A stretch of DNA of 64,000 nucleotides from an uncultured Hungatella sp. (GTDB taxonomy: Bacteria > Bacillota > Clostridia > Lachnospirales > Lachnospiraceae), in assembly GCA_949879025.1 (NCBI GenBank), contig CATLBO010000001.1, positions 21,545-85,544 of the forward strand, given 5' to 3'. The position numbers and the translations under genes are program-made. Below the pieces are notes generated by a model that was given only the letters and a program-made list of their open reading frames with translations, did not search any database and was not told the origin of the DNA. This document shows positions 27,823-35,974 of the stretch, one piece after another; the first letter of the stretch is position 1; each line of letters begins with the position of its first letter.

Positions 27823-29676
27823 CTAATCCGCCGTAATCTGTACAATCATGGAAAACCGCTTTTCCCCTCTCTGTTCCTGGGCATCCTCCAGATAAAAGTT
27901 ATTCTCAAAATCCAGTTCTACAATATCATACGGTCTGGTCTGCAATTCTACCTGCGTAATGTTCTGCTGAATTTTAACTTCTGCCGCCAGCTGGCCATTC
28001 TGATAAATCAATGCCTGCTCATGGCCGTCCATAGTGCCCGGATACATCAGCTGCAGGCTGATGACTCCGCTGCTGCCGGACATTACCCGGAGCTTTGCGC
28101 TTTCATCCATCCATCCGTCACGATAATAACCGTAAATCGGCTCACATTTTAAGATCCGCACAGCCTCTGTGATATCCTGATATGCATGGAACGCCGGTTC
28201 CTCCCGGATAACCAGCATATTGTTGTTCACCTGGCCGAAGTCCCGAATGCTGTCTACAAAAATGACCTCTGTACCTTCTGCTTTCCTTTCCTTGTCAAAA
28301 ACTTTAAAAAAGGTATCCGCATAAAAGTCGCTGACTTTATAGGAATTTTTTAATATATATATTTTCTTTCCAAAAATATCCCGTCCGTATTTTTCATAGG
28401 TCTGCTCTGCCAGAGAATTGTATTGCTGCTGGGTGTTCCAATAATATAAATTGGAAAATCTTCGCCGGTAATAGATTTCTGCTGGTATCATAAGAACTGT
28501 ATAGACAAGAACCATAGCCGTGCAGGCCAAAGCCATTTTATAGTCCGGTATCCGGCGCACCGCATCCGGTTTTTCTGCTGCCGGCCTGGCAATTATTCCG
28601 CACATATAGGCCAGCCACAGCCATGCCCCTGTCATGGACACATAAACCCACCGCACCTCCACGCGGATCGTCACGCTGGAACAAGCAATGCATGCCCCTA
28701 TAAACAGGAAAAAGAGAAGATTGTTTCTTAGAATCGCAGTCCTTCCCCATTTGCTCCGAATCGTCTTAATGACAAACACAATTATAACAGCTAATACTGT
28801 CACATCCGCCATCACAATCAGAACTTTGATCCATCTGGAAGACTCCTGCCAGCTTAAAGCGCTTAAATAGCTTTCTCCTGAATTGATCCCAAAAAGATAC
28901 AGTACCTGCTGAATGGCAAAGCCCGCTGCCTGCCTGATATTCAGCGTATCCGCCACATCTGTCCCTCCGGTTCCTGCAGGCATTACGGTTCCAATAGCAG
29001 CCAGACGGATCCCCTGTATCAGAGCAAATACTGCCAAAGGCGTAATCCATTCACGTATCTTTTTATTTCGCTTCATCAAAAGTACAAGAAAAAGCAGCGG
29101 CAGAAGAACCATATACCGCTCATGAATAAAACATACCGCAAAATACAGGCCATTGGCTATGCGAAACCATAAAAGCTCCTGTCCCGGCTCATTGACATAC
29201 ATATAAAGGCAGTACAGGATTCCTATGGCTGCCCACAAAGCAAGAGACTCCATAAGCCCGTAAACCTGGGAAATCTGGTAATAAGACATTCTTGACAGCA
29301 AATATAAAAATCCCACTATGAATCCGATTATATTGTTTCCGGACAGCCTTCTTGCAAACCGGCATATGGTGTAAGCAATGGCACTGTTAAGTATAATATT
29401 AATAGGGACAAACCAGGTTACGTGTCTTCCCACCAGCCCTAGCTGCAGATACGCTGCCAGATAGTAAAGAAACCTGAACCTGGTGCTTCCTACTGGAAAT
29501 ACAAACTCCCCAAAGCTCTGCTCTCCATAACAGGACCACAGATACAGATCATCCATAAACAGGCCCCGAATCTCAATCCCGGCATTTATAAAAAATCCAA
29601 AAGCCAGCAAAAGCCCGGCTGTAATCACCTCGTCCTTCCATCGGTACTGCCACACACCAGCACGCTTTTTTTCCAT
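27823..29676 (-). CDS. Polytopic membrane protein with extracellular C-terminal domain, possible GT-C glycosyltransferase
   Basis: FMDDL acidic motif after TM1, RFRF, HERY, ~11 TM segments and a soluble beta-rich tail; GGAGG RBS before MEKKRA. Confidence 0.7.
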   Translation of the reverse strand: MEKKRAGVWQYRWKDEVITAGLLLAFGFFINAGIEIRGLFMDDLYLWSCYGEQSFGEFVFPVGSTRFRFLYYLAAYLQLGLVGRHVTWFVPINIILNSAIAYTICRFARRLSGNNIIGFIVGFLYLLSRMSYYQISQVYGLMESLALWAAIGILYCLYMYVNEPGQELLWFRIANGLYFAVCFIHERYMVLLPLLFLVLLMKRNKKIREWITPLAVFALIQGIRLAAIGTVMPAGTGGTDVADTLNIRQAAGFAIQQVLYLFGINSGESYLSALSWQESSRWIKVLIVMADVTVLAVIIVFVIKTIRSKWGRTAILRNNLLFFLFIGACIACSSVTIRVEVRWVYVSMTGAWLWLAYMCGIIARPAAEKPDAVRRIPDYKMALACTAMVLVYTVLMIPAEIYYRRRFSNLYYWNTQQQYNSLAEQTYEKYGRDIFGKKIYILKNSYKVSDFYADTFFKVFDKERKAEGTEVIFVDSIRDFGQVNNNMLVIREEPAFHAYQDITEAVRILKCEPIYGYYRDGWMDESAKLRVMSGSSGVISLQLMYPGTMDGHEQALIYQNGQLAAEVKIQQNITQVELQTRPYDIVELDFENNFYLEDAQEQRGEKRFSMIVQITAD

Positions 29677-29705
29677 GCTGTTACTTCCTCCTGCTTTTTC
29701 TAAAT

Positions 29706-30488
29706 TCACTGGTAATTCTTATAAGCCAGGCGGTACAGCATCATAAACCCGCCTGCAAATTTCCCCGGCCACATCTTCTCGAACATCTGCCGCTCCTCCC
29801 GCTCCCTGCGGTGATCTTTGATGCACGCCTTAGTAGTGGCACTGTCGTGAACCCTGTAATAAAGCAAAGGCTTTTCCACGCAGATGAACCGTCCGGGCTG
29901 TCCTGCCAGCTTTCTCATACACTCCCAATCTAACACAAAGTCATAATTGCCTGAAAATAAAGGAAGCGCCAGCTGTGCCTTTCTGTAGCTGCAGGACGGG
30001 CACATAACAGGGTTTCCCAAAATCAGGCCGCTTCTTTTTACAGCAGTAAAATGACAGAGGCGGCGAATCCGCCACGGCAGGCGCAGTACCTTCTTTACCA
30101 CTTCCACAGCGCCTCCCCAGCTTAGCTTCCCATGTTTTATCAGAATCCCGTCACTCATAAATACAGTCATATCCGGCCATTGTTTATAAACCCGGCAAAT
30201 TTCTTCCACATAATGCCGGTTATACAGATCGTCCTGATGGGCAATGGTTACAAACTGCCCTTCTGCCTTTTCCACTGCAAAGTTCCAGTCATCCTGAATA
30301 TTGCTTTTTCCTTCCCTTATATAGAGAGGAATATCGTATTTTTCCAGAATGCCATCCAGCCATGGGCTTGGAGTGGATGTGGTGCAGATAATCTCTGTTT
30401 CTGCTGTCTGGGCTTTAAGGGAGCGGATACACGCTTCCAAATATGGCGACTGCCCATAAGCACAGATGACAAATGTATGAAATCCCAT
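29706..30488 (-). CDS. Glycosyltransferase family 2
   Basis: FVICAY, DWNFA, IAHQDD (DxD-equivalent), YYRVH. Confidence 0.88.
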   Translation of the reverse strand: MGFHTFVICAYGQSPYLEACIRSLKAQTAETEIICTTSTPSPWLDGILEKYDIPLYIREGKSNIQDDWNFAVEKAEGQFVTIAHQDDLYNRHYVEEICRVYKQWPDMTVFMSDGILIKHGKLSWGGAVEVVKKVLRLPWRIRRLCHFTAVKRSGLILGNPVMCPSCSYRKAQLALPLFSGNYDFVLDWECMRKLAGQPGRFICVEKPLLYYRVHDSATTKACIKDHRREREERQMFEKMWPGKFAGGFMMLYRLAYKNYQ

Positions 30489-30515
30489 TATTTACCTCAT
30501 TACAAAAGCAAAAAG

Positions 30516-31151
30516 TCAAAAAAAACATTCCTCCAGCATCAGGCATAACGTATGGTAGACAGGCAGATGCAGTTCCTGAATCTTATATGTTTCCTGCTCC
30601 GGAACGATTATAGCCGTGTCTGCATGTCTGCCAAGTTTTCCTCCGTCTTTCCCTGTCAGTCCAATGGTCTTCATCCCTTTAGCCTTTGCTGCTATTAAAG
30701 CATAAAAAATATTGGCTGCATTGCCGGAGGTGGAAATTCCCAGAAATACATCCCCTTCCTGTCCGTATCCATATACCTGCTGTGCATATACCATTAGTCC
30801 GTCTACGTCGTTTAAAAATGCAGTAGACAGTCCCGGATGGCCCGTAAGAGCAATGGCAGGCAGGCCCTCCTGAAGTTTTTCGGCCAACTCTTTTCCTGCT
30901 GCGCTGTCTATCTCCGCCATCTTCTCAGCCATGTCTTTTGGAATACGGCGCCGCTTTACAAAACCTTTCATCAGTTCACCTACAATGTGTTCCGAATCTG
31001 CCGCACTGCCGCCGTTTCCTGCCACCAGCAGCTTGTGGCCTGAAGCAAAGCATTCCCTTAAAGTCTCATAGGCCTGTATAACAGAGCCCTTTACCGGTTC
31101 CAGACAGGGATACCTTTCTGTCAGTTCCTGTATATATGCCACTTCATTCAT
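30516..31151 (-). CDS. gmhA: Phosphoheptose (sedoheptulose-7-phosphate) isomerase
   Basis: AGNGGSAADSEHIVGEL, GISTSGN, GLTGKDGG, IQELH. Start set at MNEVAY, overlapping the gmhB stop. Confidence 0.9.
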   Translation of the reverse strand: MNEVAYIQELTERYPCLEPVKGSVIQAYETLRECFASGHKLLVAGNGGSAADSEHIVGELMKGFVKRRRIPKDMAEKMAEIDSAAGKELAEKLQEGLPAIALTGHPGLSTAFLNDVDGLMVYAQQVYGYGQEGDVFLGISTSGNAANIFYALIAAKAKGMKTIGLTGKDGGKLGRHADTAIIVPEQETYKIQELHLPVYHTLCLMLEECFF

Positions 31152-31731
31152 GATGTTTTGTTTCCTTTCCAATAATGAATTCTGCTGCGCCCATAAGAGT
31201 TTCCGAGTAAAAATCATAAAATGGCTCCTCTCCCTGCCGCCTGCTCGTTTCCCTCTCTTCTCTGCCATAGCCTGTGCCTACGAGAATGCTTTTTATTCCG
31301 TAATTTCGGCCTGCCTGAACATCAATGCGCTTGTCGCCAATCATATAGGAATGCTTTTTATCAATCTTATATTCCTGCTCTGCCATTTCGAACATTCCTG
31401 TATCCGGTTTTCTGCAGCGGCAAGCCTTCCTGTATGCTCCGATCCCATGTTCCGGATGGTGAGGGCAATAATAGAATGCATCGATCCAAGCTCCGTCCTT
31501 TTTCAGCTGTTCATTGAGATACTGGTGAAGCCTGTGCATATCCTCCACTGTGTAATAGCCTCTGGCAATACCTGCCTGATTCGTCACCACTAAAATATGG
31601 AATCCGTTGTCATGCAGAATTTTTACAGCCTCAGGTACTCCTGGAAGAATCACCAGATCCTCTGGGCGGTAAAGATATGTGACTTCTTTGTTAATGGTTC
31701 CGTCACGATCTAAAAACACTGCTTTATCCAT
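31144..31731 (-). CDS. gmhB: D-glycero-D-manno-heptose 1,7-bisphosphate phosphatase
   Basis: FLDRDGTIN, VTNQAGIARG, YCPHHP...CRCRKP, MIGDK. Confidence 0.92.
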   Translation of the reverse strand: MDKAVFLDRDGTINKEVTYLYRPEDLVILPGVPEAVKILHDNGFHILVVTNQAGIARGYYTVEDMHRLHQYLNEQLKKDGAWIDAFYYCPHHPEHGIGAYRKACRCRKPDTGMFEMAEQEYKIDKKHSYMIGDKRIDVQAGRNYGIKSILVGTGYGREERETSRRQGEEPFYDFYSETLMGAAEFIIGKETKHHE

Positions 31732-31816
31732 ATACCTTAGCCTTTCTGCCAAGAACCCATGCCTTAAAAGCCAGCCTTAGAGTGCTCTGCCATGCATTGG
31801 CAGGTAATCCAATGAG

Positions 31817-32887
31817 CTATAGATGAAACTGATAGCTTCTGTCAGGCATCTGTATATTCACACTGTCATATGCCCACCGGCTCTCATCTGCAATCCATGA
31901 CTGGGCTCCCCGCAATTCAAAATTCCAGTCTGTCAGCTGCCCTCCGGCAGCCTCCATCCGCGCCGCAACCTTATGTTTTACATTGTATGGGCAGTACATC
32001 AAAAGATACCCTCCTCCGCCGGCGCCTAAAAGCTTGCCTCCCAGGGCCCCCGCCTTTTTTGCTTCGTCGTACAGTTCGTCTATCTGAGGGTTGGTAATCT
32101 TGCTGCTCATGCGCTTTTTACTTTTCCACCCATAGTCCAAAAGCTTTCCAAAGCTATGCAGATTGCCTTTTAACAGCTCATCCTTCATGGCATAAGCCAA
32201 AGCCTTTACCTGACACATGGCATCGAACGGATCTTTCTTTTTATAATTGCTTACCTGGTCTTTAATGATGTTGGCTGATACATGAATCTTTCCTGTGTAG
32301 CAAAGCAGCAGGTTATACTGCAGTTCATGAATAATGTCCTTTTTTATTCTTAAAGGATTTACCACTACATTATTTCTTCCATGAAATTCAATGAAATTAA
32401 ACCCGCCGAATGTGGAAGCGTACTGATCTTGATAACCACCGTCGATTTTCAGGTCTTCCCGTTCCACCTTATAGGCCAGATCCGCCATGGCATACCCATC
32501 TAACTCCACGCCTTTCCAGCGGGCCATAGCAGTAAGAAGAGATACCATTACGGTGGAAGATGTCCCCAGGCCCGATCCTGGCGGCGCATCGCATTGAAGA
32601 TACACCTCACATCCCTTTTTTATCTCCATGGCATTTAATGCTGCCGTTACTAAGTCCAGCCGTCCGTCATACACATAGTTTTCCCTGACATTGTACTTTA
32701 CAGTCATGTCAAAATCCAGGGAATGGACAATAATCTGATCATCCTCCCTGGGTACAATGGAACAATATGCATATTTGTTAATGGTGCTTCCTATAATCGC
32801 CCCTCCCTGTTCCTCGCAAAAAGGAGCTACATCTGTTCCTCCGCCGCCAAAGCTGACCCGCAGCGGCGCTCTTCCTCTGATTACCAT
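31817..32887 (-). CDS. hddA: D-glycero-alpha-D-manno-heptose-7-phosphate kinase (GHMP family)
   Basis: RAPLRVSFGGGGTD, PPGSGLGTSS, GGYQDQY, GKLLGAGGGG. Confidence 0.9.
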   Translation of the reverse strand: MVIRGRAPLRVSFGGGGTDVAPFCEEQGGAIIGSTINKYAYCSIVPREDDQIIVHSLDFDMTVKYNVRENYVYDGRLDLVTAALNAMEIKKGCEVYLQCDAPPGSGLGTSSTVMVSLLTAMARWKGVELDGYAMADLAYKVEREDLKIDGGYQDQYASTFGGFNFIEFHGRNNVVVNPLRIKKDIIHELQYNLLLCYTGKIHVSANIIKDQVSNYKKKDPFDAMCQVKALAYAMKDELLKGNLHSFGKLLDYGWKSKKRMSSKITNPQIDELYDEAKKAGALGGKLLGAGGGGYLLMYCPYNVKHKVAARMEAAGGQLTDWNFELRGAQSWIADESRWAYDSVNIQMPDRSYQFHL

Positions 32888-33588
32888 GCCAGAACTCCCT
32901 TCTCAACGTCATCCATAAACCGATAGTAATCCTGGGGAATGCCGATATCAATAAAATAGCCGTCATTGACAAAGCCGCCCAGCCTGCGCCCTTCTGACAG
33001 CCATTTAGGGATCATATCTTGCTCTAAAGATACTTTGCCTTCAGGAATCTCATTAATCAACTCCCGGCACATCAGGTATACTCCGCCATTAATCGTCCCG
33101 GCCCTCTGTTCCCTGGTCTTTTCATTAAACCTTGCCAGCCTGCCCTCTGCAAGCAGGGCCTGACCATATCTTGACACATCCTCAACTTCTCTTAACACCA
33201 GAGCCATATCCAGTTCCATGTCCTGCTTCTGCCGTATTAAGCGGTGGTAATCCATTCTGTAAAACGTGTCTGCATTCAAAACAAAAACTTCCTGTCCTGT
33301 CATATGCCGGGCTGCATTTTTTATGGCTCCGGCAGTGCCTAAAAGGGTTTCCTCATAGGCATAGGAAGTGTGGATTCCAAACTTCTCCCCGTTTGTAAAA
33401 TACTCCTCCACCATAGACCCTTTATACCCTACGGCGAAAATAATATCATCAATACCCTGCCCTTCCAGCTCCTGAATTACATATTCCATAAAAGGCTTTC
33501 CCTGAATCATAGCCATAGGCTTTGGACGATCGTTTACCACGCTGCGGAGCCTGGTGCCCAAACCGCCTGCCAGTAAGATTGCCTGCAT
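32881..33588 (-). CDS. hddC: D-glycero-alpha-D-manno-heptose-1-phosphate guanylyltransferase-like nucleotidyltransferase
   Basis: LAGGLGTRLRSVV, PKPMA, LGTAGA, INGGVY, FIDIGIPQDY; adjacent to hddA/gmhB/gmhA. Confidence 0.85.
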   Translation of the reverse strand: MQAILLAGGLGTRLRSVVNDRPKPMAMIQGKPFMEYVIQELEGQGIDDIIFAVGYKGSMVEEYFTNGEKFGIHTSYAYEETLLGTAGAIKNAARHMTGQEVFVLNADTFYRMDYHRLIRQKQDMELDMALVLREVEDVSRYGQALLAEGRLARFNEKTREQRAGTINGGVYLMCRELINEIPEGKVSLEQDMIPKWLSEGRRLGGFVNDGYFIDIGIPQDYYRFMDDVEKGVLAW

Positions 33589-33619
33589 ATTTTAATCCTC
33601 ATTTTTTCAGTTTTGCATA

Positions 33620-33628
33620 AGTATACCA
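33620..33628 (-). promoter_or_regulatory. Extended -10 promoter of the glycan operon
   Basis: Minus strand TGGTATACT about 30 bp upstream of the hddC start. Confidence 0.45.
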
Positions 33629-33697
33629 TCTTTTAGGGAATTTTACCAGACAGGAGGAGTATTTTTAAATATTCTGTAACTACTTTTTCCGTTTTCC

Positions 33698-33726
33698 AAA
33701 AAAGAGCCGCCCATCGGCGACTCTTT
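33698..33726 (-). terminator. Intrinsic terminator of the SPFH/TPM cluster
   Basis: Minus strand AAAGAGTCGCC-GATG-GGCGGCTCTTT followed by a T run. Confidence 0.8.
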
Positions 33727-33870
33727 AAAGTTCAAATTATATCTTTCTAATATAATGCAGAAAACCGCTACACTGATCCCTAATATGGCGATCACAATCC
33801 CATAGAATATTAAAAACCATCGCCTTTTCAGCTGTTTATTAACAACAATATCATTTAAAATCGAAACAGC
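33727..33870 (-). pseudogene. Start-less fragment encoding a transmembrane helix (gene relic)
   Basis: The reading frame after the TPM stop gives AVSILNDIVVNKQLKRRWFLIFYGIVIAILGISVAVFCIILERYNLNF; AT-rich, no start codon with an RBS. Confidence 0.45.
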
Positions 33871-34755
33871 TTAAAACTTCCTGCTCCCTCCCCCATGGCT
33901 TCTTCCGCTTGATGATGTATGCGTAGAACTGCGCCCGGACAAGGAATGTCCTCCACCTCTACCTACGCTTCCTGTATTTCTGGGGATCATCCTGCTGGTA
34001 ACAAACTTATTAACCAATGCGTCCCTTTCATCGCCATAAATGAATCTGGCATCCGCCCGATATGCCATAGTCAGATTCCGAATCCGTTTCTCATCTTCCT
34101 CCATGGCATACTGCCGCTTTACGGTTATACAAGCCGCTGCCGCCATAAAAGCAGAAACACATACCGCTAGCAGCGCCTCATACCAGCGGATGCTCCTGTA
34201 AACGCTTACTTTTCCTGTTTCCGTATCATAATTATATTGGCCGTCAGGTATTCCGGCCCTGCAGTATTGTTCCACATCCCCTAAAAACGAGTCCACACTG
34301 GCTCTGTAATCTCCCTGGGATGCCCCTTCGTATACCCCGTCCAGCATATCCTCAATCCGCTGATCCGTAAAAATCCGGATTGCTTTTCCGTCAGTGGAAA
34401 ATACCAGCTCCCGGTTATCCATGTCAATCAGAAAAAGAATTCCGCTTTTGCCGTCCCCCTGGCCAAAGCCGCCTTCCTCATAAAAGTCATCGGCATATTC
34501 TACGGCTGTCTTACCTTGTGCATCCTCAACAGTCACCACCACAATATCCAGATGGTACGCATCCTGATACTCCTTGATCCGGCGTCTTGCCTCCTGCACA
34601 TATGCGTTATCCAGAAGCCCTGCCATGTCATAGATCCGCTTTCCGTCAGAGGCTTCTATCTCGATATCGCTGCTGCCCCAGACAGTCTGCACTGCGGATA
34701 GGCACCATACGGCTGTCAATATCCATGCCATTATATATCGTATCTTCATTCTCAT
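33871..34755 (-). CDS. TPM-domain membrane protein (YdjH-like)
   Basis: Signal peptide, IYDMAGLL, YADDFY, GILFLIDMDNRE, TM helix, Gly/Ser/His tail ending HGGGSRKF; ATGA overlap with the upstream gene. Confidence 0.88.
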   Translation of the reverse strand: MRMKIRYIMAWILTAVWCLSAVQTVWGSSDIEIEASDGKRIYDMAGLLDNAYVQEARRRIKEYQDAYHLDIVVVTVEDAQGKTAVEYADDFYEEGGFGQGDGKSGILFLIDMDNRELVFSTDGKAIRIFTDQRIEDMLDGVYEGASQGDYRASVDSFLGDVEQYCRAGIPDGQYNYDTETGKVSVYRSIRWYEALLAVCVSAFMAAAACITVKRQYAMEEDEKRIRNLTMAYRADARFIYGDERDALVNKFVTSRMIPRNTGSVGRGGGHSLSGRSSTHTSSSGRSHGGGSRKF

Positions 34756-35849
34756 ATAAAATACCCCACAGCCAAAAGCACGGCAAAAAGAGGCAGAAAG
34801 ATCTCGGCAAAAAATATCCACAGTTTTTTGCTGTCCACTGGAAGCCTTCCACATACTTTACCGCTTTGCCCATTGCAGGCAAAATAGTAGATATCTCCCG
34901 TCTTTCTCTCCCTGTAAGTCAAAGTCCATACAGGGAGCAGAGCATATTCCCACCTTTTATTCCGAAGCCTGGTTTCCTGGTTTTTGATATTAATGCTGTT
35001 ATAACTGCCAATGCTGTTTTTCAGACTGTCTGCGGCAAATCCTCTGATCTCCTGCTCCACTTCTTCTTGAAACTGCTCTTGTTCCATATCCCGCTTCTCT
35101 GCAAAAAATCCGGACAAAAATCCCATGGAAAAAGGCTTCATGGCACTCACATCAAAAGGCATTACCCCTTCTGCCAGTTTCTTATCTGCTTTCTTTAAGG
35201 CATTGCGTGGTACGTGATCAATATCCATAGTGCCTGAGCGGGACACATCATATTTCTGTGTTTCCGTATACTGCATATTTCCTGTCTGCCAAATACGCAG
35301 CTTTGTCCCTTCTCCAGTAAGCTTTCCGTCCACCTGGCAGCTGTAAAGCCAATAAGGGAAATATACTCCCGTCATCTTTTCAATCTGTTCAGGGGCGTAA
35401 AAATCAGAAGGCACAAAACGCTTTTTTTTCAGCCACTGAAGAAAAATTTCCGTTGCTTTCTCCTTGTCAATGGCAAATGGAAGAACATGATCCGGCTGAT
35501 ACTCTCCCTGAAGCCTTCCCTGAAGAATCACCGGATTCTGGCAGTAGAAGCAGAAGGAGGCAGCCGTGGTCCCATCGGTAACGATCTCCGCCCCGCAGCT
35601 GGGGCACGTATATACTACGGCATTTTCCATGCCTTCCTGCCCTGCAGTACTGTTTTCCTGCTTTCCGGCGCTGCTTTGTTTCTCTTCGTACACAGCCTCT
35701 TTCTGATCCGGCTTTGTCTCCGGAGCTATTTTTTCCAGTTCTTCCTGAGTAAACCTGGATAGGCAATACTCACACTCATAGTCCTGAGCGGCGGGATCAA
35801 ACTGAAGCCCGCCGCCGCAATTAGGGCATTTTATACTTACTGTTGCCAT
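34752..35849 (-). CDS. Zinc-ribbon membrane-anchored protein (B. subtilis YdjG-like)
   Basis: CPNCGG..CEYC and CPSCGA..CFYC ribbons, YFPYW, LLPVW, NGQSGKV..LP and a C-terminal TM helix. Confidence 0.85.
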   Translation of the reverse strand: MATVSIKCPNCGGGLQFDPAAQDYECEYCLSRFTQEELEKIAPETKPDQKEAVYEEKQSSAGKQENSTAGQEGMENAVVYTCPSCGAEIVTDGTTAASFCFYCQNPVILQGRLQGEYQPDHVLPFAIDKEKATEIFLQWLKKKRFVPSDFYAPEQIEKMTGVYFPYWLYSCQVDGKLTGEGTKLRIWQTGNMQYTETQKYDVSRSGTMDIDHVPRNALKKADKKLAEGVMPFDVSAMKPFSMGFLSGFFAEKRDMEQEQFQEEVEQEIRGFAADSLKNSIGSYNSINIKNQETRLRNKRWEYALLPVWTLTYRERKTGDIYYFACNGQSGKVCGRLPVDSKKLWIFFAEIFLPLFAVLLAVGYFI

Positions 35850-35867
35850 ATGTCCGGCCTCCGCCTG

Positions 35868-35974
35868 TTACTGTAAAAGTCCGCCGCCGATTAGGCGGCA
35901 TAAATTCAGGTATGCCAAATGCGCCCGCCTGACTTTCATGGGTGGTGATGCGTTCCCAGCCGGGTGCATAGAAG
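35868..35974 (+). repeat. Repeat family 1, copy 2
   Basis: TTACTGTAAAAGTCCGCCGCCGATTAGGCGGCATAAATTCAGGTATGCCAAATGCGCCCG...CGGGTGCAT, between the SPFH stop and the next RBS. Confidence 0.9.

Noticed and set aside
27630-27845. 71-aa ORF over repeat family 2 copy A (and ORFs 44770..45048, 44813..45127 over copy B)
   Set aside because: Reading frames are not conserved between copies, whereas base pairing is.
30516-33588. Heptose genes as a source of the ALPK1 agonist ADP-beta-heptose
   Set aside because: HddA/HddC define the alpha-anomer GDP route; no HldE/HldC-type enzyme is in the window.
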